From NCBI RefSeq assembly GCF_000022265.1, contig NC_011979.1:3840001-3872000 (forward strand): DNA of 32,000 nucleotides. Reading direction: 5' to 3'. The translations under genes were made by a program, and so were the position numbers. Shown in pieces: positions 7,475 to 15,524 of this stretch; within the stretch, counting starts at the first letter, position 1, and the number at the start of each line of letters is the position of its first letter. The notes beneath the pieces were generated by a model. The model was not told the origin of the DNA and did not search any database. It worked only from the letters and a program-made list of their open reading frames with translations. This DNA is from Geotalea daltonii FRC-32. Its GTDB lineage: Bacteria; Desulfobacterota; Desulfuromonadia; Geobacterales; Geobacteraceae.

Positions 7475-8098
7475 TCAGGGGAAAAAGGAAAGAATTTCAT
7501 CGTGTCGGTCCAGCCGTGCGAATGCAGGCATATCTGCCTTGTAGGCGATAAAGGGAACGCCCGCAGCTTCGGCGGCCAGACGGTCTACCTCGGAATCGCC
7601 GACGAAAAGGGCCTGCTGCGGTTCAAGCCTGTAATATTCAAGTACCTTTAGCAATGGGTCCGGGTAGGGCTTTGGTCTCTCCACCTTGGCCGCCGTCATC
7701 ACATAGCTGAAATAACGGGAAAGATCGAAGGATTCCAGCACCATATCCACGGAGGTGGAGCGGTTGGTGCAGACTGCCAGATGGACCAGCGGCTGCAGTG
7801 CTGTCAATGTCTCGCGGAAGTTCTCCTCCATGGACATCAGATGCACCAGATCGCCGTAGTTTATGGTCCCGGCAAAGGCCTGGGCCTCGGCGCAACGTTC
7901 ATCGCCGGCAAAAAGGTACGCCATGACATCGGCATTGGCATAGGTATGCAGCACCCGCATCATCTCCCCATCATTCCGGTCCAGGGGAGGTTTGCCGAAA
8001 TTGGCCAGGATCCGTTGATAGAAGGCGAAGTTGGCCTCGAAGGAATCGAACATCACCCCGTCACAATCGTATATTACCGCTTTATAGCTTGCCCTCAC
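7475..8098 (-). CDS. HAD-superfamily hydrolase (phosphoglycolate-phosphatase-like)
   Basis: DxD motif at the N-terminus (VIYDCDGVMFDS) and a distal GDSEVD motif. GTG start within a GTGA overlap with the stop of the upstream HNH gene. Confidence 0.85.
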   Translation of the reverse strand: MRASYKAVIYDCDGVMFDSFEANFAFYQRILANFGKPPLDRNDGEMMRVLHTYANADVMAYLFAGDERCAEAQAFAGTINYGDLVHLMSMEENFRETLTALQPLVHLAVCTNRSTSVDMVLESFDLSRYFSYVMTAAKVERPKPYPDPLLKVLEYYRLEPQQALFVGDSEVDRLAAEAAGVPFIAYKADMPAFARLDRHDEILSFFP

Positions 8099-8391
8099 TC
8101 CTCACTCCTCACCGACTGCAGATATTCCTCCCATTCAATGGGAAGCAGGTGCTTTTTCCGGTTGTTGCACTCCTTGCAGGCAGGCACCACATTGCCCCGG
8201 GTGCTCTTGCCTCCGCGGATAACCGGGACGATATGGTCCATGGAGAGTTCATCTGCGGGGAACCTGCCGCCGCAGTAGTGACAGATCCCCCGGGCAAGGC
8301 GATTTTTCCACCACTGGGACTTGCGCAGTTCACGGGCCTTTTCCCGCTCCCGTTTTATTTCCTGTTCCGATATTTCGATGATGAAGGACAA
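8095..8391 (-). CDS. small stand-alone HNH endonuclease (98 aa)
   Basis: CHYCGGRF..DHIVPVIRGG..NVVPACKECNNRK matches the HNH/zinc-finger pattern. TTG start (an in-frame stop lies 5 codons upstream). The basic N-terminal helix is REREKARELRKSQWWKNR. Confidence 0.75.
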   Translation of the reverse strand: MSFIIEISEQEIKREREKARELRKSQWWKNRLARGICHYCGGRFPADELSMDHIVPVIRGGKSTRGNVVPACKECNNRKKHLLPIEWEEYLQSVRSEE

Positions 8392-8433
8392 CGAATGTAC
8401 CCCTGATTACAATCAATTCTTTCTGCGAGGGGG

Positions 8434-8603
8434 GGCTGCCGCGGCTTCGTCCGTTCGTTCGATCGCAGCAACTGCGGACCTTGCAGTGCCGCCCTTTATT
8501 CCTCAGGCGTCCATGATGCAGGTTATCGGTGCTTCTTGCAATATCCGGCGGGTGTCCGCTCGCCGTTGCTGCTCAGTCACTCTCTCCCGAAGCCACGGCA
8601 GCC
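8434..8603 (-). ncRNA. candidate structured RNA (6S-RNA-like rod: closing helix, large purine bubble, distal helices)
   Basis: In minus-strand sense, GGCUGCCGUGGCUUCG (8603-8588) pairs with CGAAGCCGCGGCAGCC (8449-8434): 16 bp with one G.U. In plus sense that position is a C.A mismatch. Next comes a 15x15-nt internal loop, GGAGAGAGUGACUGA / GAUCGAACGAACGGA. Then an 8-bp helix (8572-8565 with 8472-8465), a 6-bp helix (8559-8554 with 8479-8474), and a ~74-nt apical region. No convincing ORF or RBS in this 239-bp gap. No covariance-model search was run. Confidence 0.35.
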
Positions 8604-8630
8604 GTTATTCCACATGATTCAACATTAATT

Positions 8631-9071
8631 TCAACAAGACCGCCGGAAGGTTTCTATGGCCGCCCTGGCCAGCTCATCGCAGCGCTCGTTTTCCGGGTGA
8701 CCATTGTGCCCCCGCACCCAGAGCCAGTGGATGGTGTGAAGGCGGGACAGTTCCATGAGCCGTTCCCACAATTCCCGGTTCAACACCGGCTCCTTTTTGC
8801 TGTTGACCCAGCCTTTCCGCACCCAGCCGCCGATCCACTCGGTCATCCCCTTGACCAGATACTGGGAATCGGTGGTCAGATGGACCTCGCACGGTCTTTT
8901 CAGGGAAGCGAGCGCCTCTATGGCGGCAGTCATCTCCATGCGGTTGTTGGTGGTGTTGCCGTCGGCGCCTGACATCTCCTTGACGTTGTCCCCATAGCGG
9001 AGGATGCAGCCCCAGCCGCCGACACCCGGATTACCGCTGCAGGCCCCGTCACAAAAAATCTCAACCTTCAA
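8631..9071 (-). CDS. rnhA: ribonuclease HI
   Basis: [43 protein letters not shown] and [15 protein letters not shown] form the canonical RNase H DEDD core. Confidence 0.92.
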   Translation of the reverse strand: MKVEIFCDGACSGNPGVGGWGCILRYGDNVKEMSGADGNTTNNRMEMTAAIEALASLKRPCEVHLTTDSQYLVKGMTEWIGGWVRKGWVNSKKEPVLNRELWERLMELSRLHTIHWLWVRGHNGHPENERCDELARAAIETFRRSC

Positions 9072-9711
9072 TATAGGCCCCTTCAGCTTTCAAAAGCTCG
9101 GCGATTGCCGCCATTACCCGGTCAACGATGAGCTGATGGGTCTCTTTGCAATCCTGCAGCAAATACAGATCGGAAAAATCCAGCGGCTGGCCGAAGACAA
9201 CAGCGGCTTTCTGGCCGATGCCGGGAAATTTCCAGTGATTGAGGCCGATGAGCGCGGTGGGAATCACCACGGGCCTGGTGTCATAGATGATCTTGCCGAC
9301 TCCGCGGTTGCCCTTGCCCAGCACGCCGTCCTTGTGCCGGGTTCCTTCAGGGTAAAGCATGACCTTCTGATCCCTGAGCAAGTCATTGATTGTTTTGCCC
9401 GCCCGTACATCGCGGCCGCGTTTGACGGGAAAAGCGCCCCATGAACTATAGAGCCAGCGCTGAAATATGCTGGTGAAGAGCTCTTCTTTGGCTGGAGCCC
9501 AGAGCATCTGCAAGGCATGCCGCCTGATCACCGCCCAGGGAAGGAATATGGTTTCATAGGCGGATATGTGGTTTGAGGCTATCAACACACCGCCGGACGG
9601 GGGAATGTTGTCGCTCCCCTTGATGTGGAAGTTGTTGATGGACGAGGCGTAAAAACCGACAACATGGCAGGAAAAGGTTACCCAGAAGCGGCGCAGAAAT
9701 GAGACTTTCAA
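9061..9711 (-). CDS. lysophospholipid (1-acyl-sn-glycerol-3-phosphate) acyltransferase family protein
   Basis: Acyltransferase motif I variant NHISAYE and motif III YPEGTRH. 11-nt overlap with the rnhA start. Confidence 0.85.
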   Translation of the reverse strand: MKVSFLRRFWVTFSCHVVGFYASSINNFHIKGSDNIPPSGGVLIASNHISAYETIFLPWAVIRRHALQMLWAPAKEELFTSIFQRWLYSSWGAFPVKRGRDVRAGKTINDLLRDQKVMLYPEGTRHKDGVLGKGNRGVGKIIYDTRPVVIPTALIGLNHWKFPGIGQKAAVVFGQPLDFSDLYLLQDCKETHQLIVDRVMAAIAELLKAEGAYIEG

Positions 9712-9861
9712 GGACTACCTCTGTTAGAAATGGGATAGAGCCATACATATAGCATGATTGACAAAAAGGGGGCAAGTTTGTTGAAACAGCAGGAGGAACC
9801 GGGAACAGGGAATGACAGCTAATGGAGCGGCAGGGGCAGGGGCAGATGTCTCTGTTAAATT

Positions 9862-11625
9862 TCAGTTGAAGGTAAAATAAAAGGTGGCTCCTTTTTCCGG
9901 CTCTCCTTCTCCCCACACCCGGCCGCCGTGATGCTTGATTATACGCTCTACCGTCGCCAGGCCTATGCCTGTCCCGGAAAAGTCGCTGCTGCTGTGGAGT
10001 CTTTGGAAAGGTTTGAAAAGATTCCCTGCCTTTTTCATATCGAAGCCGGCGCCATTATCCCGGATAAAGTAAACCTTTTTACCCTCATCTTCCCTGGCCC
10101 CGAAATCAATTCGTGCATCGGGACGTTTGCCCGTATATTTCCAGGCGTTTCCCAGCAGGTTTTCCAGTACCACATGTGCCAGTTCGGGATCGCAACAGGC
10201 GGTGACATCTGCCGCAATATTGAAAACAACCTGCCGGCCCGGCGCTGTCAGCTGCAATTCGGTGGTAATGTCGAGGGCAAGCCGGCTAAGGTCCACCTCT
10301 TCCCGCTTTATCTCTGCCTTTGTCACCTGCGACAGCGCCAACAGTGCTTCAATCAGCTCTTCCATCTGCTCGCACGCATCGGTGATGGTATGCACGAAAA
10401 ATTTTCCATTTTCGTCGAGCAAGGGGGCGTAATCTTCCTGCAGAGCCTGGCCGGCGCTGAAAATGCGCGTCAACGGCGTACGCAGATCGTGGGAAACGGA
10501 ATAACTGAAGGCTTCCAGTTCTTTATTAGCCGCTGCCAGTTCTGCAGTGTGGGCGAAAAGATCTTCATTCAATTTTTTTATCTGTTTTTCCGATTTCTTC
10601 AATTCCGTAATGTCGATGACTATGCCGACAAGTCCGGCAACGCCCCCCCTGGCATCGGTAAAGGTGGCACTGTTCAAAATGACCTGCCGCTGGCCGCTAT
10701 CTGCACAAGGAATTGTGGTTTCGAATATCTGCACGCCGGGCTCGGCGAAAAGTTTCCGGTCCATGCTTTCCTGGGCCGCGGCAAGGTCGGGAGATAAAAA
10801 TTGAGAGGCTGTCTTACCGATGACACCACTTTTGGCAATACCGCTGCAGTGGGTAAAGGCTTCGTTGCAACCCAGGAAAACGCCATTTCTATCCTTGTAG
10901 AATATCGGGCTGGGTATGGTATCGATCAGCCGTTGCAGCAGATTGGCCTGACGCTCAAGCTCGGCTTCGGTCTGCTTGCGCCTGGTAATGTCCCTGACCA
11001 TCTCGATGCCGGCGATGACTTTGCCGTTTTTATCCCGCAGGGACGAGGAAATGATCTCGACGTGGATTTTCCCTTCTGATCTGGCTGGAGATGATTCGCG
11101 CCGGTAAACCTTGCCGTCGCGAAAAGATTTGGTCAGATCGCAAAAATCACAGGTTTTTTCATTCATTTGGTAGGCCCGGTAGCAGTATTCACCCACGTGG
11201 TCACCTACCAGCGCCTTATGGGCATCATTCTGATAAAGTACTTTGAGGTCGGTATCCTGAATGCTGATGCCGTCCCCCATGGCGGAGACTATGGCTATCG
11301 TCTTTTCCTTTTCCGCTTCAGCCTCGTCCACCGCGGCTTGCAGGGTAGTTTCCAGCAGATCACGCTGCATCAGAACCCGTCTCATATAGAAGGCAAATCC
11401 AATGATGAACAAGGAGAAAAAACCACGCATGGCCAGCTCTCGGGTTCCCGGCGCGAACAGCTGCTGACGCAAGGTCCCTTCGCGCATGAGATGGGCATCG
11501 AAGACAGCGTCTCCAAACCAGAACAGAGCGAGGGCCCCCATGGCAATGGGGATAATTTTTTCGCTGGTGTTCCTCTTACTCATTATTTCATCCGTCCTCA
11601 CAAACTCATTAATGCTCACAACCAT
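9862..11625 (-). CDS. membrane-anchored PAS/PAC sensor histidine kinase
   Basis: H-box SHDLRTPL, N-box NLLGNAWKY, G1 DNGAGFD and G2 GTGIGLATV. Two PAS-like segments and an N-terminal TM region. An alternative start MSKRNTSEK at 11583 (GAGGA RBS) would remove the 10-nt overlap with the upstream gene. Confidence 0.9.
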   Translation of the reverse strand: MVVSINEFVRTDEIMSKRNTSEKIIPIAMGALALFWFGDAVFDAHLMREGTLRQQLFAPGTRELAMRGFFSLFIIGFAFYMRRVLMQRDLLETTLQAAVDEAEAEKEKTIAIVSAMGDGISIQDTDLKVLYQNDAHKALVGDHVGEYCYRAYQMNEKTCDFCDLTKSFRDGKVYRRESSPARSEGKIHVEIISSSLRDKNGKVIAGIEMVRDITRRKQTEAELERQANLLQRLIDTIPSPIFYKDRNGVFLGCNEAFTHCSGIAKSGVIGKTASQFLSPDLAAAQESMDRKLFAEPGVQIFETTIPCADSGQRQVILNSATFTDARGGVAGLVGIVIDITELKKSEKQIKKLNEDLFAHTAELAAANKELEAFSYSVSHDLRTPLTRIFSAGQALQEDYAPLLDENGKFFVHTITDACEQMEELIEALLALSQVTKAEIKREEVDLSRLALDITTELQLTAPGRQVVFNIAADVTACCDPELAHVVLENLLGNAWKYTGKRPDARIDFGAREDEGKKVYFIRDNGAGFDMKKAGNLFKPFQRLHSSSDFSGTGIGLATVERIIKHHGGRVWGEGEPEKGATFYFTFN

Positions 11626-12629
11626 ATCCCATCGACGGCAAATTTACAATGACCGCATTTTCCCCCGGTCAATTTATCGGCTGAGACCACATATCCGGTG
11701 CGGCGGATGAGCAGCTCGCCGCACTCCGGGCAAAAGGTATGTTCACCCTGGCTGCCGGGGACATTTCCTTCATAGACATAGCGCAGCCCCGCGTTTTTGC
11801 CAATCTGCCGGGCACGGTCCAGGGTAGCCAAAGGGGTCCTCGGCTGGTCGAGGAGCTTGTAGGTGGGATAGAACTGGCTCACATGCCACGGCACCTCAAT
11901 GCCCACCTTTCCGGCAATAAAGCGGGCGATGCCTTCCAGATCGGCATCCGAATCATTCCAGTTGGGAATGATCAGCGTGGTGAGTTCAATCCAGATTTCC
12001 TGCCGCTTGTATTCCACAATGGAATCCAGCACCTCCTGGAGCATGGCATGCACCACCTCTTTGTAGAAGCGGTCGGAATAGCCTTTCAGATCGATGTTGG
12101 CCGCATCCAGGTAGGGCCGGATCTGGCTCAATGCTTCCGGGGTAATGTAGCCGTTGGTGACGAAGATGTTCTTCAATCCTGCTGCCCGTGCCAACACTGC
12201 AGTGTCATATGCGTATTCGAAATATATGGTCGGTTCGGTATAGGTGTAGGAGATGGAAGCACACCCGCTACGCTTGGCATTGGCGACTATTTCCTCAGGG
12301 CTGAGTTCCGTTCCCATGATCTCCAGCGTACCGCCGCTTGGTTGGGAGATGGCATAGTTCTGACAATGGAGACATCTGAAGTTGCATCCCACTGTGGCTA
12401 TTGAGTATGACCTGCTGCCTGGAAGAACATGGAACAGTGGCTTTTTCTCTATGGGGTCCACGTGTTCCGCAATTGCTTTGCCATAGACAAGGGTATAGAG
12501 GGTGCCGCCCTGGTTCTCTCTCACCATGCAGATGCCCCGTTTGCCTGAAGGTATCAGGCAACGAAAGCGGCAGAGTCCGCACTTGACAGTATCGCCCGTT
12601 TTCCTTTCATAAAACATTGCCTCTTTCAT
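11616..12629 (-). CDS. amrS: AmmeMemoRadiSam-system radical SAM enzyme
   Basis: N-terminal Cys cluster CGLCRFRC, radical-SAM CNFRCLHCQN, a C-terminal Cys pair CPECG...CGHC, and ~337 aa length typical of this family. Family assignment is from memory of its motifs. Confidence 0.8.
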   Translation of the reverse strand: MKEAMFYERKTGDTVKCGLCRFRCLIPSGKRGICMVRENQGGTLYTLVYGKAIAEHVDPIEKKPLFHVLPGSRSYSIATVGCNFRCLHCQNYAISQPSGGTLEIMGTELSPEEIVANAKRSGCASISYTYTEPTIYFEYAYDTAVLARAAGLKNIFVTNGYITPEALSQIRPYLDAANIDLKGYSDRFYKEVVHAMLQEVLDSIVEYKRQEIWIELTTLIIPNWNDSDADLEGIARFIAGKVGIEVPWHVSQFYPTYKLLDQPRTPLATLDRARQIGKNAGLRYVYEGNVPGSQGEHTFCPECGELLIRRTGYVVSADKLTGGKCGHCKFAVDGIWL

Positions 12630-12928
12630 GGTATTACCTCCTCTTGCTTATCGGCAAAGGTAATGGGAAAATAAGGAAAAGTTCAAGATCCTGCGGCGGG
12701 ATTTGCCCCAGTACACTACTTTAACTGTACCATTAACCACAACGATAAAAAGCGGTAATAAAAGCGCCCCGGTGCAGATTATTTGCATCGCATAGCCGCT
12801 CCGAACAAGGGCAGACGGATGCAGCAGGCATAAACCACTGTTTTATTCAATAGTTATCAAATTATTGTCTTGCAGGAAAAATGTTGATTACCTAAGATAA
12901 TGGAAACAAAAGAAAAAAGGAGAGATGA

Positions 12929-13081
12929 ATGCATTGCCCAATCTGTAAAAGCAGCAAAAAAGTGGAAATCGACATGCATGCCGACGGCTACGCAAAGGAC
13001 CTGCTGGAGTGCAACGAGTGCGGAGCCATCTGGACAGACTACCTGGGCAAGATTACCCTGCTGAACGCACAGGCCGCCTGA
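12929..13081 (+). CDS. small zinc-ribbon protein, 50 aa (below ORF-track cutoff)
   Basis: Hand translation: MHCPICKSSKKVEIDMHADGYAKDLLECNECGAIWTDYLGKITLLNAQAA. It has CPxC...CxxC knuckles, an AGGAGA RBS ending 7 nt upstream, an in-frame stop immediately before the ATG, and a strong hairpin 10 nt after the stop. Confidence 0.5.
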   Translation: MHCPICKSSKKVEIDMHADGYAKDLLECNECGAIWTDYLGKITLLNAQAA

Positions 13082-13091
13082 TCGACAAATA

Positions 13092-13129
13092 CCGGGAATC
13101 CGCGCCACCCGGATTCCCGGAAAAATTTT
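13092..13129. terminator. hairpin terminator between convergent genes
   Basis: The 11-bp perfect stem CCGGGAATCCG (13092-13102) / CGGATTCCCGG (13110-13120) has a 7-nt loop. It is flanked by AAAAATTTT on one side and (minus sense) TATTTGT on the other. Confidence 0.5.
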
Positions 13130-13157
13130 CCTGCTGCAAACACTCCTTACCAGCCTA

Positions 13158-14270
13158 TTACTCCGAGACTACCTTTTCCAGGATCTCATCATAGATACCC
13201 GCCATCACCTGCCAGTCATAGCGACTGACCGCATCCCTCAGCATCTCCGTCGAAGGGTGAGCAACTTTCAACAATCCCTCAAGCTTCGCCTCAAGCTCCG
13301 TTTCTCCATCATAGAAGAATTGCCCATACTGCTCATCCGGAAGGTGTTCCGGATATGCAAGCCGCTTCGGCAGCAGCGGCAGACAGCCGCAATAAACTGC
13401 CTGGACGACGCTTGCGCCAAAGAAATCATGGTAAGAGGTAACTGGCAGTATATCCGCTTCCCATAACCAGCATGCGTATTCGGCAAAGGTTTTCGCAAAA
13501 CCGAATTGAATAATTCTATCGCCAAGCCGCTCACGGGCTTCGTGAAAGACTCCCGGTGCATTGGAAAAACTCTCACCCAGAACGGCAACCTCAAAATCGA
13601 GATTTCTGGCTGCCAGGCGTTCAAGCACGTTAAAGAACCCATCGGGGTTCTTGTCATATTCCCAACGGTGGTTCCATAATACAAGTGGCGGTCTTATAGC
13701 AGGCTCGCTTTGTATTTGACGATGCGGGTCCAATTGCCGCAGGTCCATGCCCAAATGCAGCACCCGGGATTTCCGACCTATAGATTGAATGCTGCTCCAC
13801 TCCCGTTTGTCGGGCATCGCCTTGAGGAAACATGGCAATTCTGCCATGAAGGCATCGTGGTGATAGGCGGAGTTGAAAAAGACGGCATCGGCGGCAAGGG
13901 CGCTTGCATAGTTGATGAATGCGTAATGCATGTCACGGTTCAGGGCCTTGTCGGCATCATCGGGAGACCACGGGTAGGTAAGCTGATTTTCGTGGAAATA
14001 GAGAGCTGCCTTGCAGGGGGCCGATTTTGACCGTGTCAGGGCGAGAAAGGTGGTTAGATCCAGCATGTCCGTGGCCAGAAGGAGATCCGGCTGGAATTTT
14101 GAATCGAGGAACCGGTGAGCTAGAGCGACGGCGCCGCCATGCATCCGCCATTTCCAGTGCCTGCCGGGAAGACTGAGGATCTCCACCTGGTGTCGGCTAT
14201 AGCGGGCATATTCCTCGGCCCAGGCGGCATGAGACCCCGTGAAGAATGGTTCCAGGAGGGTGATTTTCAT
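13158..14270 (-). CDS. DUF3524 + GT1-type glycosyltransferase, homologue of eukaryotic GTDC1/QTMAN (tRNA-queuosine mannosyltransferase family)
   Basis: The N-terminus MKITLLEPFFTGSHAAW..HWKWRMHGGA and the motifs YFHENQLTYPW, WNHRWEYDKNPDGFFNVL and VQAVYCGCLPLLPKRLAYPE closely match motifs I recall from vertebrate GTDC1. Confidence 0.8.
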   Translation of the reverse strand: MKITLLEPFFTGSHAAWAEEYARYSRHQVEILSLPGRHWKWRMHGGAVALAHRFLDSKFQPDLLLATDMLDLTTFLALTRSKSAPCKAALYFHENQLTYPWSPDDADKALNRDMHYAFINYASALAADAVFFNSAYHHDAFMAELPCFLKAMPDKREWSSIQSIGRKSRVLHLGMDLRQLDPHRQIQSEPAIRPPLVLWNHRWEYDKNPDGFFNVLERLAARNLDFEVAVLGESFSNAPGVFHEARERLGDRIIQFGFAKTFAEYACWLWEADILPVTSYHDFFGASVVQAVYCGCLPLLPKRLAYPEHLPDEQYGQFFYDGETELEAKLEGLLKVAHPSTEMLRDAVSRYDWQVMAGIYDEILEKVVSE

Positions 14271-14361
14271 TTAGATTCCTCAGAGGCCTTCTGAGTGAAT
14301 GGCAACGCGGCAGATTGGCCCTTTAGGCCCCGCGGGTCCGCAGTAGTTTTGCATCAGCTTC

Positions 14362-15462
14362 TTAGAACATGAAGCGGCGCATGCTGATATTGAGGAGTAT
14401 TCCCACCCCCACCATGGATGTAACCATGGAGGTCCCTCCGTATGAAAAGAACGGCAGCGGTACCCCCACCACCGGAAAGAGACCGATGACCATGCCCATG
14501 TTGATGACGATATGCCAGAAGATCATGGCCGTAACACCAACAGCCATGAGGCTGCCGAACCGGTCGTTGCACCTTGAGGCAATATGCAGTCCCCACAGGA
14601 CCAGAAACAGGTAAAGGGCCAGTACCGTCATGCAGCCCACAAAGCCCCATTCCTCTGAAAAGACTGAAAAGGCGAAGTCGGTATGTTGCTCGGGAAGAAA
14701 CCGCAGCTGGCTTTGGGTTCCATGGAGGAAACCTTTGCCGAGCACCCCCCCCGAACCGACGGCGATCTTGCTCTGAATGATGTGGTAGCCGCTCTTCAAC
14801 GGGTCCTGTTCAGGGTTGAGGAAGGTAATGATACGGGCCTTCTGGTAGTCCCGCAGGTAGTAGTGCCAGGCCAGGTAAAAAATCGGCACCGCTGCAAGCA
14901 TGATGGAGACGACGGCACTCCATCGGACCTTCACATAAAGGAGCATCGAGGAGGCGATGAGGATGACCATGATGGCGGTACCCAGGTCGGGTTGCTTCAT
15001 GATAAGCAGTGCCGGGATGCCGAGTATCATGCATGGATAGATCAGGTCTCGCAGCGTAAGGCCGTTAAACACCGGGTACCTGCTGAAGAAACGGGCAAAG
15101 GTCATTATGACCACAATCTTCATCGGCTCGGAAGGCTGAATATTGATGAATCCCAGGTCCAGCCAGCGCGTGGCCCCCATAGATGTCTTGCCGATCAGGA
15201 GAACGGCCACCAATAGCAGTACCACCCCCCCATACACCCAGTAGGCTATGTCATCCAGGATGTGATAATCGATACTGCAGGCCAGAACGCAGAGAGTGAC
15301 CCCGGCCGTGATCCAGTATAGCTGCTTGATGAAATAAGGGGGTCCTGCCATCTGGTAAGAAGCGGTGGCGCTGAAAATATTGACCACCCCGATACCGCAG
15401 ATAAGCAGCACCAGCGTCAGCAGGGTCCAGTCGAAATTGGTGAACAACCTTCTGTCAAACAT
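14362..15462 (-). CDS. rodA: peptidoglycan glycosyltransferase RodA (SEDS family)
   Basis: Multi-TM protein with the C-terminal SEDS signature VGVPLPFFSYGGTSM. Located immediately downstream of mrdA. Confidence 0.92.
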   Translation of the reverse strand: MFDRRLFTNFDWTLLTLVLLICGIGVVNIFSATASYQMAGPPYFIKQLYWITAGVTLCVLACSIDYHILDDIAYWVYGGVVLLLVAVLLIGKTSMGATRWLDLGFINIQPSEPMKIVVIMTFARFFSRYPVFNGLTLRDLIYPCMILGIPALLIMKQPDLGTAIMVILIASSMLLYVKVRWSAVVSIMLAAVPIFYLAWHYYLRDYQKARIITFLNPEQDPLKSGYHIIQSKIAVGSGGVLGKGFLHGTQSQLRFLPEQHTDFAFSVFSEEWGFVGCMTVLALYLFLVLWGLHIASRCNDRFGSLMAVGVTAMIFWHIVINMGMVIGLFPVVGVPLPFFSYGGTSMVTSMVGVGILLNISMRRFMF

Positions 15463-15524
15463 TAAGGACAGCCTCCACTACCAGGGCTTGCAAAACAGCC
15501 TGCCATTCAAAGCCCCGCTGAAAC

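Noticed and set aside
12857-13108. An 83-aa minus-strand ORF over the zinc-ribbon locus.
   Set aside because: It has no RBS. It would read through the convergent terminator hairpin region. Its translation has no recognisable features, whereas the plus-strand 50-aa frame has an RBS, Cys knuckles and a terminator.
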